A stretch of 64,000 nucleotides of DNA, from IMG/VR virus record IMGVR_UViG_3300025782_000004. One strand, 5' to 3'. The DNA is from an uncultured virus (IMG/VR IMGVR_UViG_3300025782_000004). Its lineage: Duplodnaviria; Heunggongvirae; Uroviricota; Caudoviricetes. The translations under genes were made by a program, and so were the position numbers. The notes below the pieces were generated by a model. That model searched no databases, was not told where the DNA came from, and saw nothing but the letters and a program-made list of their open reading frames with translations. This document shows positions 45,400 to 55,149 of the stretch, one piece after another; position 1 is the first letter of the stretch; every line of letters starts with the position of its first letter.

Positions 45400-47653
45400 T
45401 AGCATCAATCATAGGAGTTGCTGGGATAAATTGACCCAGAGCAGTAAATTCAAAAGCATCATCCCGCCAATCGACTTCAATTACGGTGTGTGCAGGAATA
45501 GTGTCGAACAAAATCTTTTTACTTAGTGGTACTTTAATCAAATCGTTAATCTTACGACCTAAAGGACGAGCACCCATTTTACTATCGTAGCCAACTTCAG
45601 CTAAATGATCTGTTGCTGCTTCAGTTAACCGAATCTTCAGTGATTTTTCACTTAGTAGATCATTCATTTCGTTAATAAACTTAGCAACAATCTTCTTAAT
45701 ACTGATAGTATCTAACTTATTAAACTTACAAACACCATCTAAACGATTGCGGAACTCTGGTTTAAAGAAGTCTTTAACTGCTTTGTCATCTTCACCAGAC
45801 TTTTGTAATTCACGACCAAAGCCAATGTTATTACGTTCGTTATCTGCAGCACCAAGGTTACTGGTAAGAATAATAATGGCGTTACGTGCATCTGCTTTTT
45901 TACCGTTACTACTTGTAATAGTACCTTCGTCCATTAACTGTAGTAAGATATTCATTACATCCGGGTGTGCTTTTTCGACTTCGTCAAATAGAACAACACA
46001 GTTAGGATTCTTTTCAATGTCGCTGATTAATAATCCGCCACCAAGATTTGAGTCATCATATCCAACATAACCTGGAGGAGCACCAATTAATTTAGCGGCT
46101 GCATGCTTTTCTTGATATTCACTCATATCGTAACGTAGCATCTTCATGCCCATACCTTCGGCCAACAATTTAGCAAGTTCTGTTTTACCAGTACCAGTTG
46201 GTCCCAGGAATAAGAAATTACCAATTGGTTTGTTCATTGATTTTAGTCCAGCACGTGCTACATAAATTTTATCCAGGACTGTATCTACTACAGAATCTTG
46301 TCCGTATAGTTTAGTTTTGATTGTTTCTTCCAGCCCCACAAGACTTTTAGTTGATTCAGATCCAATTTGTTCTGCGGGAATCTTAGTAAACTTACTGATA
46401 ATGTCAACGATATGACTCTTACGCACAGTCCATGCTATGGCATTAATTTTTAATTTAGCTGCGGCTGTGTCAATTAAGTCAATGGCTTTGTCTGGTAACT
46501 TCTTGTCTGGTTGATAACGAACACTCAAATCAACAGCGGCATCAATAGCTTCATCACTGATTGACCCTTCGTGGAATGCTTCAAAATATTCTTTAAGGCC
46601 ATGTAAGATTTCTTTAGCTACTGCGGGAGTTGGTTCCTCGATGGTCATACGTACAAAGCGACGCATAAGGGCACGATCTTTTTCAAATGATTGTGTGTAT
46701 TCTTCCCAAGTGGTTGATGCAATAACTTTAATTTGTCCTTTGGCCAGTGCAGGTTTAATCATATTAGCAAAGTCTACTGAACTGTTACTAGCTGAACCAG
46801 CTCCACGCATTTGATGTGCTTCATCAATAAACAAGATGCACTTGCCTTTGGCCTGTAGTGCACCAATGACATCTTTAAACTTTTCTTCAAACTCACCACG
46901 ATATTTAGATCCAGCAAGCAATGACCCAATATCTAAATTCCATACTGTGTAGTCGCGTAAGTATTCGGGAACACTACCCTCAACAATATTGCGGGCAAGT
47001 CCTTCGGCAATAGCTGTTTTACCCACACCGGCATCACCAACCATTAAGATATTACACTTGTTACGTTTGGCCAAGACCTGTGCTATTTCATCTAGTTCAA
47101 ATTCACGTCCGACTACTGGATCAATTTTACCGTCTTTGGCCTGCACATTTAAATTTTCACAGTATTCACGTAGAATATCATCGGCACGTGCATTGGCCGG
47201 CAAACGTTTGGCTTTACTTTCTACATAATTTTGATTATAGAATTCAACCAATTGACTGCGTTCTAATCCATATTTGATAAAGAAATAACTTGCGTGGCTA
47301 TTTGCTTCGCTGGCTATACTTAAAAAGATATCAATGACTTGTACATGATTACGTCCACTAAACAGGACCTGTGTAAATGCACGATTAAAAATTCTTTCAA
47401 GACTGTGAGTTTTCTTTGGAATATGATCTGCGTCAGGGGAAACTAGATATGTTTGTTTATTTAAATAATCCTCGAGGTCTTTAACTAGAGCATCAGCATC
47501 TATACCATAGGCCACAAGTAAATCATTAAATGGTTTAAATGTTACAAGTCCGTGTGTTAAGTGTTCTATGGTAACATATTCGTGGTTATAATTTTTTGCT
47601 AGATCAGTTGCACTAGCAATAATAACTTCAATTTCTGGATTGTGTTGGATCAT
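45365..47653 (-). CDS. clpA: ATP-dependent Clp protease ATP-binding subunit
   Basis: N-domain, two AAA modules (GDAGVGKT, GPTGTGKT), LIGAPPGYVG and the IGF ClpP-docking loop. Confidence 0.92.
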   Translation of the reverse strand: MIQHNPEIEVIIASATDLAKNYNHEYVTIEHLTHGLVTFKPFNDLLVAYGIDADALVKDLEDYLNKQTYLVSPDADHIPKKTHSLERIFNRAFTQVLFSGRNHVQVIDIFLSIASEANSHASYFFIKYGLERSQLVEFYNQNYVESKAKRLPANARADDILREYCENLNVQAKDGKIDPVVGREFELDEIAQVLAKRNKCNILMVGDAGVGKTAIAEGLARNIVEGSVPEYLRDYTVWNLDIGSLLAGSKYRGEFEEKFKDVIGALQAKGKCILFIDEAHQMRGAGSASNSSVDFANMIKPALAKGQIKVIASTTWEEYTQSFEKDRALMRRFVRMTIEEPTPAVAKEILHGLKEYFEAFHEGSISDEAIDAAVDLSVRYQPDKKLPDKAIDLIDTAAAKLKINAIAWTVRKSHIVDIISKFTKIPAEQIGSESTKSLVGLEETIKTKLYGQDSVVDTVLDKIYVARAGLKSMNKPIGNFLFLGPTGTGKTELAKLLAEGMGMKMLRYDMSEYQEKHAAAKLIGAPPGYVGYDDSNLGGGLLISDIEKNPNCVVLFDEVEKAHPDVMNILLQLMDEGTITSSNGKKADARNAIIILTSNLGAADNERNNIGFGRELQKSGEDDKAVKDFFKPEFRNRLDGVCKFNKLDTISIKKIVAKFINEMNDLLSEKSLKIRLTEAATDHLAEVGYDSKMGARPLGRKINDLIKVPLSKKILFDTIPAHTVIEVDWRDDAFEFTALGQFIPATPMIDANGYIKMDSVQS

Positions 47654-47661
47654 AAAAATAT

Positions 47662-48522
47662 TTATTGTGGATTAGTTAATGAACGAACTATTTCTAATTG
47701 TTCTGTAGTAAGGTTTTGTGGTACAGTCAATGCTACTTCAACGTATAAATCTCCTCGACGATCTGAATTTAATTCGTATAAACCTTGTTCTGGTAATCTA
47801 AATTTTATACCAGGTTGAGTTCCGGCAGGTAAAGTTAATATAAATGTTTTGCTATCTAATCCCACTATGGTAATATCACCACCTGCTGTTGCTAGTAAAC
47901 AGTTTACACTAGCTCGGTGGTATAAGTCAATGCCATTGGTAATAAATCCGTCGGCATTATGTACTTTAAAATGAACATAAAGGTCACCTCGAGGTAAAGT
48001 ATTGAATAAATTATCTCCAAGTCCGGAATATTTAATTTGTGTACCATTGGTCACACCCCTTGGTATTTTAACTTCTACTGTTTCACGATGACCGTTAGTA
48101 GTCTGTACACTGATAGTTTTTGATTGTTCTTCTAAGGTTGTAACTAGGGGTAATGCAATTTCAATACGCAGGTCTTTGTTGCGTCTTTGTTGTTGTCTAG
48201 CTTGTGCAAAAGGATCTCCGCCAAACCCAAAACCAAAATTTCTAAATATTTCGTCAATGTTGGGATGATTCACGCCACCACTGTGCCAACGGAATATCAC
48301 ATTCTCATCACCGACACCACCACCAAAGCCATTACGTTGCATGTCATAGTGTTGACGTTTATTTGGGTCACTGAGTGTGTCGTATGCTTGTTGTATTTCT
48401 TGAAACTTGGCCTTGTCTCCACCCTTGTCAGGATGATGCTGACTAGCTAGTTTTCGATAAGCTCGTTTGATTTCGTCGGGAGAAGATTTGTCCCCAACCC
48501 CTAAAATTTCGTAATAATTCAT
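47662..48522 (-). CDS. DnaJ/CbpA-type co-chaperone (no zinc finger)
   Basis: J-domain HPD, G/F region and C-terminal GDLY repeats. Confidence 0.9.
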   Translation of the reverse strand: MNYYEILGVGDKSSPDEIKRAYRKLASQHHPDKGGDKAKFQEIQQAYDTLSDPNKRQHYDMQRNGFGGGVGDENVIFRWHSGGVNHPNIDEIFRNFGFGFGGDPFAQARQQQRRNKDLRIEIALPLVTTLEEQSKTISVQTTNGHRETVEVKIPRGVTNGTQIKYSGLGDNLFNTLPRGDLYVHFKVHNADGFITNGIDLYHRASVNCLLATAGGDITIVGLDSKTFILTLPAGTQPGIKFRLPEQGLYELNSDRRGDLYVEVALTVPQNLTTEQLEIVRSLTNPQ

Positions 48523-48528
48523 AGTGCT

Positions 48529-48567
48529 ATTATAAATGAAAAAGCCGGCAGAGTCAACTTACCGGCT
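48529..48567 (-). terminator. Terminator hairpin overlapping the sigma70 promoter of the DnaJ gene
   Basis: AGCCGG/CCGGCU stem plus U-run; TTGACT-N17-TATAAT with the -35 in the loop. Confidence 0.7.
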
Positions 48568-48754
48568 ATCAAATTGTAGAAAATGGATTATTTCTTTTTC
48601 TTGGCAGGTGCAGTTGGTTTATCGTCTGCAACCTTGATTGATGCTTCTGCTTTTTTATGCTTTTTAATTTCTTTTTTTGGAGTAGCGGCAACTGCTGTAG
48701 TAGCGATCATCGCCATGATTAAGATTGATAATAGTTTTTTCATTTTTAAATTCC

Positions 48755-49429
48755 TTACATTAAAGGTTGTGTTGTTTGAGGTACAACTTTTTGTCCGCTT
48801 GCGTTTAAAGTTGGGGTTGTTGGTGTGGTTGAACCGAAGCCACCTGTAGTCGGTGTAGTTGCGGTACTACCAAATCCACCTGCACTAGCGCCGCCAAATG
48901 AACCTGTGGCTGGTGTTGAACCAAAACCACCTGCGGATGCGCCACCAAAACCACCACTGCTTGCTCCGCCAAAGCTACCTGAGCTTGCGCCGCCGAAGCC
49001 CCCGGTTGATTGGCCGCCAAATCCACCACCCATACCTGAGTTCATACCTCCGCCAAATCCACCACCCATACCGCCACCCATACCACCACCCATACCACCG
49101 GCCATGCCAGCTGGTACACCACTCATGTTAGTAGTGTTAACAGAAATTTGTTCTGTAGCTGTTGGATTAGCTGCTGTGCCTGCTAGTTTTTCTTGTGTTC
49201 GACCAAATGCTGAAATACCTAATACAGCACCCATAGCAATGTGAAATAAGCCAGCACCTTGAAGTGTTAACGGGTTCCACTGTGTAATAGGTACATGGTT
49301 CATACCTTGCCATAAGGCCCATAGTACTGGAAACACCATCATGTCTGCGACGCATATTAACATATACATCCAGCCCATCATTGGACGCCATAGAGTCTGC
49401 ATCCAATCTTCTCTTTTATTCTTTGACAT
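48755..49429 (-). CDS. Holin-like membrane protein with Gly-rich tail
   Basis: WRPMMGWMY...F...MGAVLG..AFGRTQEK; GGFGG repeats. Confidence 0.65.
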   Translation of the reverse strand: MSKNKREDWMQTLWRPMMGWMYMLICVADMMVFPVLWALWQGMNHVPITQWNPLTLQGAGLFHIAMGAVLGISAFGRTQEKLAGTAANPTATEQISVNTTNMSGVPAGMAGGMGGGMGGGMGGGFGGGMNSGMGGGFGGQSTGGFGGASSGSFGGASSGGFGGASAGGFGSTPATGSFGGASAGGFGSTATTPTTGGFGSTTPTTPTLNASGQKVVPQTTQPLM

Positions 49430-49463
49430 ACCTAGCTCCTTATAATTGATTTTATAAGTGTAT

Positions 49464-49661
49464 TTATGCGTAAGTGTTAGTATTTTGTGGGGTTAGCTCG
49501 TGTGTTACTTGATCTTGGGCATTGTATACTTTAACAGAATGTGCATCAGTTTGATCTTTAGCAAATCCTAATGCTTCTTCAAGTTCCTCAAATAAATGAT
49601 CTGTAAAATGTAGGATGCCATTGATCCAACTGTGTTTTCTTACTTTGTGTGACATACTCAA
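49464..49661 (-). CDS. Small hypothetical protein (tandem paralog)
   Basis: H.VR.H.W.NG.L...F...EAL.FA...S.KV...TH.L...TYA. Confidence 0.7.
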   Translation of the reverse strand: MSMSHKVRKHSWINGILHFTDHLFEELEEALGFAKDQTDAHSVKVYNAQDQVTHELTPQNTNTYA

Positions 49662-49664
49662 TCC

Positions 49665-49862
49665 TTAAGCGTATGTGTCAGGCGTTTGTCCTGATAAATT
49701 GTGTGTAATATTATGTTCGTGATCAAAAACTTTAATACTATCTGCCATTTCGACGCTGTTGGCAAATGTCAGTGCTTCGGCTTCTGAACCAAAAAATGCA
49801 TCTTTGACTTCTAAACGACCATTGCGCCAGTGATGTGTTCTCACTCTGTGTACTCGGCTCAT
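49665..49862 (-). CDS. Small hypothetical protein (tandem paralog)
   Basis: Same shared motif as its paralog. Confidence 0.7.
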   Translation of the reverse strand: MSRVHRVRTHHWRNGRLEVKDAFFGSEAEALTFANSVEMADSIKVFDHEHNITHNLSGQTPDTYA

Positions 49863-49863
49863 A

Positions 49864-50922
49864 TTATTTTTCCTTAAATTGCGTAGTCCATATACGCTTT
49901 GTTTTATCTGTGTATTTAGTTAAATTACGCTGATTAAACCATACGTTAGTTTGTGGACGTCGATAAGTTCTTAGTAGGACGTTGGCTATTTGACTGCTTT
50001 CTGTGGGGTCGGCCCAACAAAAACGTGTTGCCCAAGGAATTTCATTGCAACCTACAATAGGTACACCTTGACTAATCAAATCTGCTGACACAATGTTAAA
50101 CGTTTCTGAAAAATTACATTGCATACCGATATCCATACTAGCACAGGTTTTTAAGAATTCTTCACGTGGAGCCCATTCGTGCCCAATTAGCTGATGTCCA
50201 GTGTCGGCCAATTGCTGGAAAAATCCACGTAGATTATGTAGCACAGGACTGCCCTGCATTTCAACACGGCCCGCATTGATATGAAAACGCAACTGTTTAC
50301 CAATTTTGTTAGCAAACTTTAGTGCCGCTACTGCTTGCACCATATGATTTTTTAAGGGACGTACTGCACCAAAGCACGCAATGTCTACCCAATACTTGTT
50401 GCGATCAAATTCTTTAGTTACATAGTCTTGTGGATAGTAATTTGGAAGATAGAAAATACGACTATCGGTTTCTGTTTGACCCCATCCTTTTTTAGTACTC
50501 AGGTATGTTCTAACTTCGTCAAGCATACGTGGAGCATTTACACCAATATCAATCTGTGGGAAATTGATATAATCCCCTAACCAGTCCATGGCCATACCTT
50601 CACCAGCCATAAAGGGCATTTCTGAATGCAGTCGAATGATCCATCGAACACCAGGATGTAGTTTGGTTAAGACACTAAACTTACTAGGAACTACCCATAG
50701 TGCTTCAACAATAACATGTGTTGGTTGATGCTTGGTTACTAGCCTATCAATACAGTTATTATCAATAGCAACTTCAATAGTAGTGTCAATACCTAGGTCA
50801 TTCAACATTTCAACCATAAAGTTGGCAGAATTAAATAGGCCAGTTGACAGGCCTAGGGGAGAATGTTTGACAGGATTGAAGTCTTCTCGTCTCTTGAGAA
50901 TAAACAGTATTTTTGTTTTCAT
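49864..50922 (-). CDS. GT-B glycosyltransferase
   Basis: FGAVRPLKN and SETFNIV..D....GVPIV motifs. Confidence 0.75.
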   Translation of the reverse strand: MKTKILFILKRREDFNPVKHSPLGLSTGLFNSANFMVEMLNDLGIDTTIEVAIDNNCIDRLVTKHQPTHVIVEALWVVPSKFSVLTKLHPGVRWIIRLHSEMPFMAGEGMAMDWLGDYINFPQIDIGVNAPRMLDEVRTYLSTKKGWGQTETDSRIFYLPNYYPQDYVTKEFDRNKYWVDIACFGAVRPLKNHMVQAVAALKFANKIGKQLRFHINAGRVEMQGSPVLHNLRGFFQQLADTGHQLIGHEWAPREEFLKTCASMDIGMQCNFSETFNIVSADLISQGVPIVGCNEIPWATRFCWADPTESSQIANVLLRTYRRPQTNVWFNQRNLTKYTDKTKRIWTTQFKEK

Positions 50923-50986
50923 TGAAAATCCACAGTATAACACTATTTATGTTTTACTGTGGATTTAAATGTTACAGATTGATTTA

Positions 50987-51376
50987 TTATTGTGCTGGAG
51001 CGTCAACTACTGGAGCTGGTGCTGGAGAAACAATTTGACTCTGTTGTGTAGCTAAGTCAGCGGCATGAGCAGCAGCTAATGTCTTATATTTCTCAACGTC
51101 AGCTTCGGCAGCGGCACGTGCGGCATTGGCGGCATCAACTGCCGTTTGATGCAGTTCAGCGGCCTTGGTCAATGCGTCTTGCAAATCTGCTTTTAGTTTG
51201 TTGACTAAATCGTTTGCGGCTAGCGCATCTTCGCGAGCTTGATCAAAAACTGTTTTGACTTCACCCAAAATTGCGTGTTCGATTTTTTGTACTTCGTTGA
51301 TAACTGCCGTCTCAACAGTCTTGGCTTTGCTAAATGCTCCTAATAGTGCATCTGCAATTTTCTTTTCAATACTCAT
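50987..51376 (-). CDS. Ala-rich coiled-coil protein
   Basis: AGGAG SD. Confidence 0.65.
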   Translation of the reverse strand: MSIEKKIADALLGAFSKAKTVETAVINEVQKIEHAILGEVKTVFDQAREDALAANDLVNKLKADLQDALTKAAELHQTAVDAANAARAAAEADVEKYKTLAAAHAADLATQQSQIVSPAPAPVVDAPAQ

Positions 51377-51386
51377 TTGATTCTCC

Positions 51387-51644
51387 TTAGATTGCTCCAG
51401 CGATCAGTAACAGACCGTTGATGCAAGTATTTAATGTTTCTTTAAACTGCAACTGGCTCATATCCTGGATAATTTCCAATTGTCGTTGCACGTCTTTTAG
51501 CGTTTCCGCTAGCTCTTGTGGACTTAACTGTCCAGATTGTGCTGCTTGTGTTGCTTGTGCTACATAATTTGCGGCATTGGCAAAGGTAGGATCACCTGAG
51601 TTTACCAGTGCTGCTAATTGGTTGTTGATATCATCTAATGTCAT
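51387..51644 (-). CDS. Hypothetical protein
   Basis: Coupled ORF. Confidence 0.65.
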   Translation of the reverse strand: MTLDDINNQLAALVNSGDPTFANAANYVAQATQAAQSGQLSPQELAETLKDVQRQLEIIQDMSQLQFKETLNTCINGLLLIAGAI

Positions 51645-52045
51645 CTTGGTCTATTCCCTAGAACGTGTTGTATTGTATCGGCACTATGCTCGATTCCTTC
51701 AAACTTCAATTTGCAAAAAAATGGGCTGACTGGCGTACCTGTGTTGTATTGTGTAACTAACCCCTGAGCTATTTCGTTTAAGGCTTTAGCAGCTTTAGTA
51801 CCATCGCCGTTACTAGGTAAGTTTTCACTGTAGGCTTCGAATAACTCAGTCTTTTGTGCCATAGCTACAGCATTAGGTTGGCTCATAACAGGATTACCGC
51901 ATGCTTGAGCATAGTGTCGAGCATCAACACGTATTTCAGATATTAGCAGATATTCGTTAGGATCATACTTGGTCATAGTCACTGCATCATATACAGCACA
52001 ACCAGATAAATTCAATACAAATAGGGCTAATATGAGTCTGCGCAT
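51641..52045 (-). CDS. Putative lipoprotein
   Basis: MRRLILALFVLNLSGC lipobox. Confidence 0.7.
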   Translation of the reverse strand: MRRLILALFVLNLSGCAVYDAVTMTKYDPNEYLLISEIRVDARHYAQACGNPVMSQPNAVAMAQKTELFEAYSENLPSNGDGTKAAKALNEIAQGLVTQYNTGTPVSPFFCKLKFEGIEHSADTIQHVLGNRPR

Positions 52046-52046
52046 A

Positions 52047-52604
52047 TCAAAACCAAAGCCAGAGGCCTTGACTCATTAATAGTAGGCCTGTGCCGGCAAC
52101 TAAGAAGCTGGCCCAGAACAGTTCCATACGTACTGCCAAGATACTGGCAGATAGTAGCACGATTGCTAACTGATATGCAGTTGACGCATAGCCAATCCAG
52201 GGTGATTTCTTTTTAGCTAGGTCGCGTTCTGCTTCTAGTCGTTTAGCGTGTGCATACAAGGCCTTCTTGCCTTCTTCACCTTCTTCGTAGCTAGCGGCTT
52301 TGTCACTAAACTTTTTAGCCAACACAGGATCTTTAACTGTTAATGCAGTTAGTTCATATTGTGTTTGCTTGATCGATTTAGCTTGATAAAAGTTCCAAAG
52401 ATCGTTTGCTTTAATAGTGTTGTTCATTACTGTTGAACTAAGACCGCCACCGATAACTGTGTTGAATGCCAACAATGCGGCAAACACGTTGATGACCATA
52501 CCTGCTTTGTCTTTGATCTTTGCTTCACGTTCTGAACGTGAGCCTGTTAAAGGTTCTTTGCGACCTTTACTAATCATGTTTAATACTGAATCAATTAATG
52601 CCAT
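52047..52604 (-). CDS. DUF4337-like membrane protein
   Basis: W.FYQAKSIK and QLAIVL.SASIL motifs. Confidence 0.7.
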   Translation of the reverse strand: MALIDSVLNMISKGRKEPLTGSRSEREAKIKDKAGMVINVFAALLAFNTVIGGGLSSTVMNNTIKANDLWNFYQAKSIKQTQYELTALTVKDPVLAKKFSDKAASYEEGEEGKKALYAHAKRLEAERDLAKKKSPWIGYASTAYQLAIVLLSASILAVRMELFWASFLVAGTGLLLMSQGLWLWF

Positions 52605-52618
52605 CTTCCGCTCCTTTA

Positions 52619-52891
52619 TTATTGTAGGCCTTGCCAAATTTTTTGTTGGGTATTATACCAGTTTTGCCAACCTTCATACTTTTCTTTGAGTATGTAGTAT
52701 TGTGTATAGTTTTCGTTTGAATTTTCAATCAAATCGCTTAGGTTTCTCTGCTCAGGCGCTAAGGGAGTTAGCTCCGGTGCTGGTTGTTGTAAATCTGTAG
52801 GTGCTGTAGGCCACTTTGGAATAATCTGTGCTTGATTACTAGCACAGGCCGTGAGTGCAAACATTATACATACCAAAATTAATCTTTTCAT
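52619..52891 (-). CDS. o-spanin (Rz1-like lipoprotein)
   Basis: LTAC lipobox, Pro-rich, follows the i-spanin and endolysin. Confidence 0.7.
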   Translation of the reverse strand: MKRLILVCIMFALTACASNQAQIIPKWPTAPTDLQQPAPELTPLAPEQRNLSDLIENSNENYTQYYILKEKYEGWQNWYNTQQKIWQGLQ

Positions 52892-53361
52892 TTCTTAGTA
52901 TCCAATATTTTGCTGCCCGAATTTTTTACAGCACGGTTATAATCTTCCCATGCATCGTCGTTAAGTTTTGCACAGTCACGATCAATCTTAGCCTTATCTT
53001 TTGTGATAATCTGCTTAACACCATATGCTCGTCCGTTCACCAGATGTTCATTTGCAGCTAATGCATCTGCTAGTTGTTTGCTAGCATCTGCACTTGCTTG
53101 TTCGGCTAGCTGAGTTTTCTGTTGAGCTTCTTGCAGGGCCTGCTGTTGAACAGCAATTACTCCAGCACCGCCATAAAAGAACACACCCAGAACAAATACT
53201 ATAAAAGCAACGGGACGTGCTATTAAGGCATACAGTCTAACAGGTGGAATATGGCTAGCAATACCAGCAATGATGTAGGTAGCTACACCACCACCGGCCA
53301 TAACGGGAAATACCCAGGTGGGTATGTTACCTAAGAAGTGATTGACTATTAGTTCAAACAT
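52888..53361 (-). CDS. i-spanin (Rz-like)
   Basis: Transmembrane helices followed by a coiled coil; position after the endolysin. Confidence 0.6.
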   Translation of the reverse strand: MFELIVNHFLGNIPTWVFPVMAGGGVATYIIAGIASHIPPVRLYALIARPVAFIVFVLGVFFYGGAGVIAVQQQALQEAQQKTQLAEQASADASKQLADALAANEHLVNGRAYGVKQIITKDKAKIDRDCAKLNDDAWEDYNRAVKNSGSKILDTKK

Positions 53362-53996
53362 TATGATTGTAGTATCTGTAGGGCTCGTTGGTAGTGAGCA
53401 ATACGCTCATCTAATCCAAGGAATCCACCGTTAATTTTGTGTGTCATGGTTTTCATGTCACCGGCATCAGCAACATCATTTAAACTGTTTGCTTCCCAGA
53501 ACCAACAAGCTGACTGTACACAACCTTCAAAGGTCAACAAAAACTCGCTGACCTGTTCTGGTGTACTATCGATACTTTGTCCAAATGCTGTATAGTTGGC
53601 ACGACCAGTGAGCTGAATCAAGCCACGACCACAAAAGCGCCATCCGTCTCCACTAGCTTCGTCACCGTTACCCATGCGATTAGCGTAGATGCGATTAGCA
53701 ATAGCTTCTTGTTTGTTAGGTTGCGAACAGTATTGTTGAATTTCATCCATACCGCTAAAATGATGACCAAATAACTTCATTAGAGTCTCTGGACGATAGT
53801 TTAGATTTTCTTGGATTGCTGTATAGCCAGCAGATTCTACTGCTGTCTGACCTAAAAAGGCCGCAACACGTGCTACAGTACTGATGTCATAGTCAGGTAA
53901 TACTTTGCATAATGCCTCGTACCAATGAGGTACGTGCTGATTTTGTGGCAAAAATTGCTGTAACTGGTCCTGAGTAAAATTGAATTGAAACGCCAT
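53361..53996 (-). CDS. GH19 family endolysin
   Basis: FLGQ..VES, ENLNY, GRGLIQLTG..NY and INGG..G..ER motifs. Confidence 0.9.
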   Translation of the reverse strand: MAFQFNFTQDQLQQFLPQNQHVPHWYEALCKVLPDYDISTVARVAAFLGQTAVESAGYTAIQENLNYRPETLMKLFGHHFSGMDEIQQYCSQPNKQEAIANRIYANRMGNGDEASGDGWRFCGRGLIQLTGRANYTAFGQSIDSTPEQVSEFLLTFEGCVQSACWFWEANSLNDVADAGDMKTMTHKINGGFLGLDERIAHYQRALQILQS

Positions 53997-54059
53997 AGCT
54001 AACTCCTTACTTGATGTAAGTATTTAGCAATTTATACTATTTGAGATATTACAACTGTG

Positions 54060-54608
54060 TTAGCGTATGATTCCAGCCAGATTTCTTAGAGATTCTGTGT
54101 AATCATTTTTGGGTGCTTTGGTAGTAACTTCTACACCTGCTACAGCTTTTAGTTTGTCAATGGCTTCTTGACCGTATTCTCTCTCGTAGGCTTCTGGAGT
54201 TAGGGGAATTAAGTCTTGTAGGGATTCTAGGCTTAAAGCAGTTTCTTTGTGAGCTTTATAGTAACGTACACGCCAATCTTCAATTTGTTGATCAGTTACA
54301 TTCATTAGGTCATTCATCAAGCTCATGATATTTTCGGGAGCAGATTTGTCACGATCAAGTTCAACAAACACGATATAACTACCGTCTTCCATTTCACCTG
54401 AACTGAGGTCGGCATCTAAAACCCAGTCGTAGCCTTTTTCAACAAAACTAACCAGATCAGCAGCTGATTCTTTGGCACTGAGTTTAAAACTTAGTACAAT
54501 AACGTCTGAGTCGTCGCCCAGTTTGCTTTTAAATTCATCAACGTGTAATTCAGGGTGAACCAAACGCTTTAGATCGCCTAGTTCTAGGCCTTCAAATAAC
54601 TTATGCAT
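54060..54608 (-). CDS. Hypothetical phage protein
   Basis: DEFKSKLG.D...VFVE; start uncertain. Confidence 0.7.
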   Translation of the reverse strand: MHKLFEGLELGDLKRLVHPELHVDEFKSKLGDDSDVIVLSFKLSAKESAADLVSFVEKGYDWVLDADLSSGEMEDGSYIVFVELDRDKSAPENIMSLMNDLMNVTDQQIEDWRVRYYKAHKETALSLESLQDLIPLTPEAYEREYGQEAIDKLKAVAGVEVTTKAPKNDYTESLRNLAGIIR

Positions 54609-55128
54609 TTTGAACATTTTCCTCAGGACCTGACACGTTAGAATTTTCATCTTCACCAGTTTCATATGCTTGGTCAATATCTTCTAGGTCAACTGTACCA
54701 CTAGCTAATTCTAAAGCACCCTGCTCAATGTCTTTCATCAGCTTTTTAGGCATAACAATAGTAACTAACCAAACTGGTGTTTGAACCATTTTAGGTACTT
54801 TAGTTCCTGGTTTAAAATCCTTGGGATCTTTTACTTTTTTTGTGTGCTCAAAAAAGTCTTGTTTGTACTCAACATTACAGTCGTATTCGGCTAATCGTGC
54901 TGCACCCTTGGGGTTTGGCATTTTTTTGTAGGGCCACATAAATGTGCAGGTCACAAAGTATTTTTCGTAGATAGGACCCTCTACAAGTTCACCTTGCTTC
55001 CAATGTTCAAAAGCATAAAGATCGAGTTCATCTAAGACACGTTCAAAATCCAGCAGGGTTGAGACTGCTGAATCCGTCATGAATATTTCTTTTGTATTGT
55101 TTAGTAGGTCTCTAATATTAGCCGGCAT
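54601..55128 (-). CDS. Hypothetical phage protein
   Basis: DFERVLDELDLY....W..GEL.EGP; TAAATA upstream. Confidence 0.75.
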   Translation of the reverse strand: MPANIRDLLNNTKEIFMTDSAVSTLLDFERVLDELDLYAFEHWKQGELVEGPIYEKYFVTCTFMWPYKKMPNPKGAARLAEYDCNVEYKQDFFEHTKKVKDPKDFKPGTKVPKMVQTPVWLVTIVMPKKLMKDIEQGALELASGTVDLEDIDQAYETGEDENSNVSGPEENVQNA

Positions 55129-55149
55129 AGTACAGTTATTTATCTGATA

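Noticed and set aside
48825..49244. Pro-rich plus-strand ORF
   Set aside because: It is the antisense shadow of the Gly-rich repeat in the holin-like gene.
50955..50985. Second Pho box (CTGTAAC half-site)
   Set aside because: Only one half-site matches.
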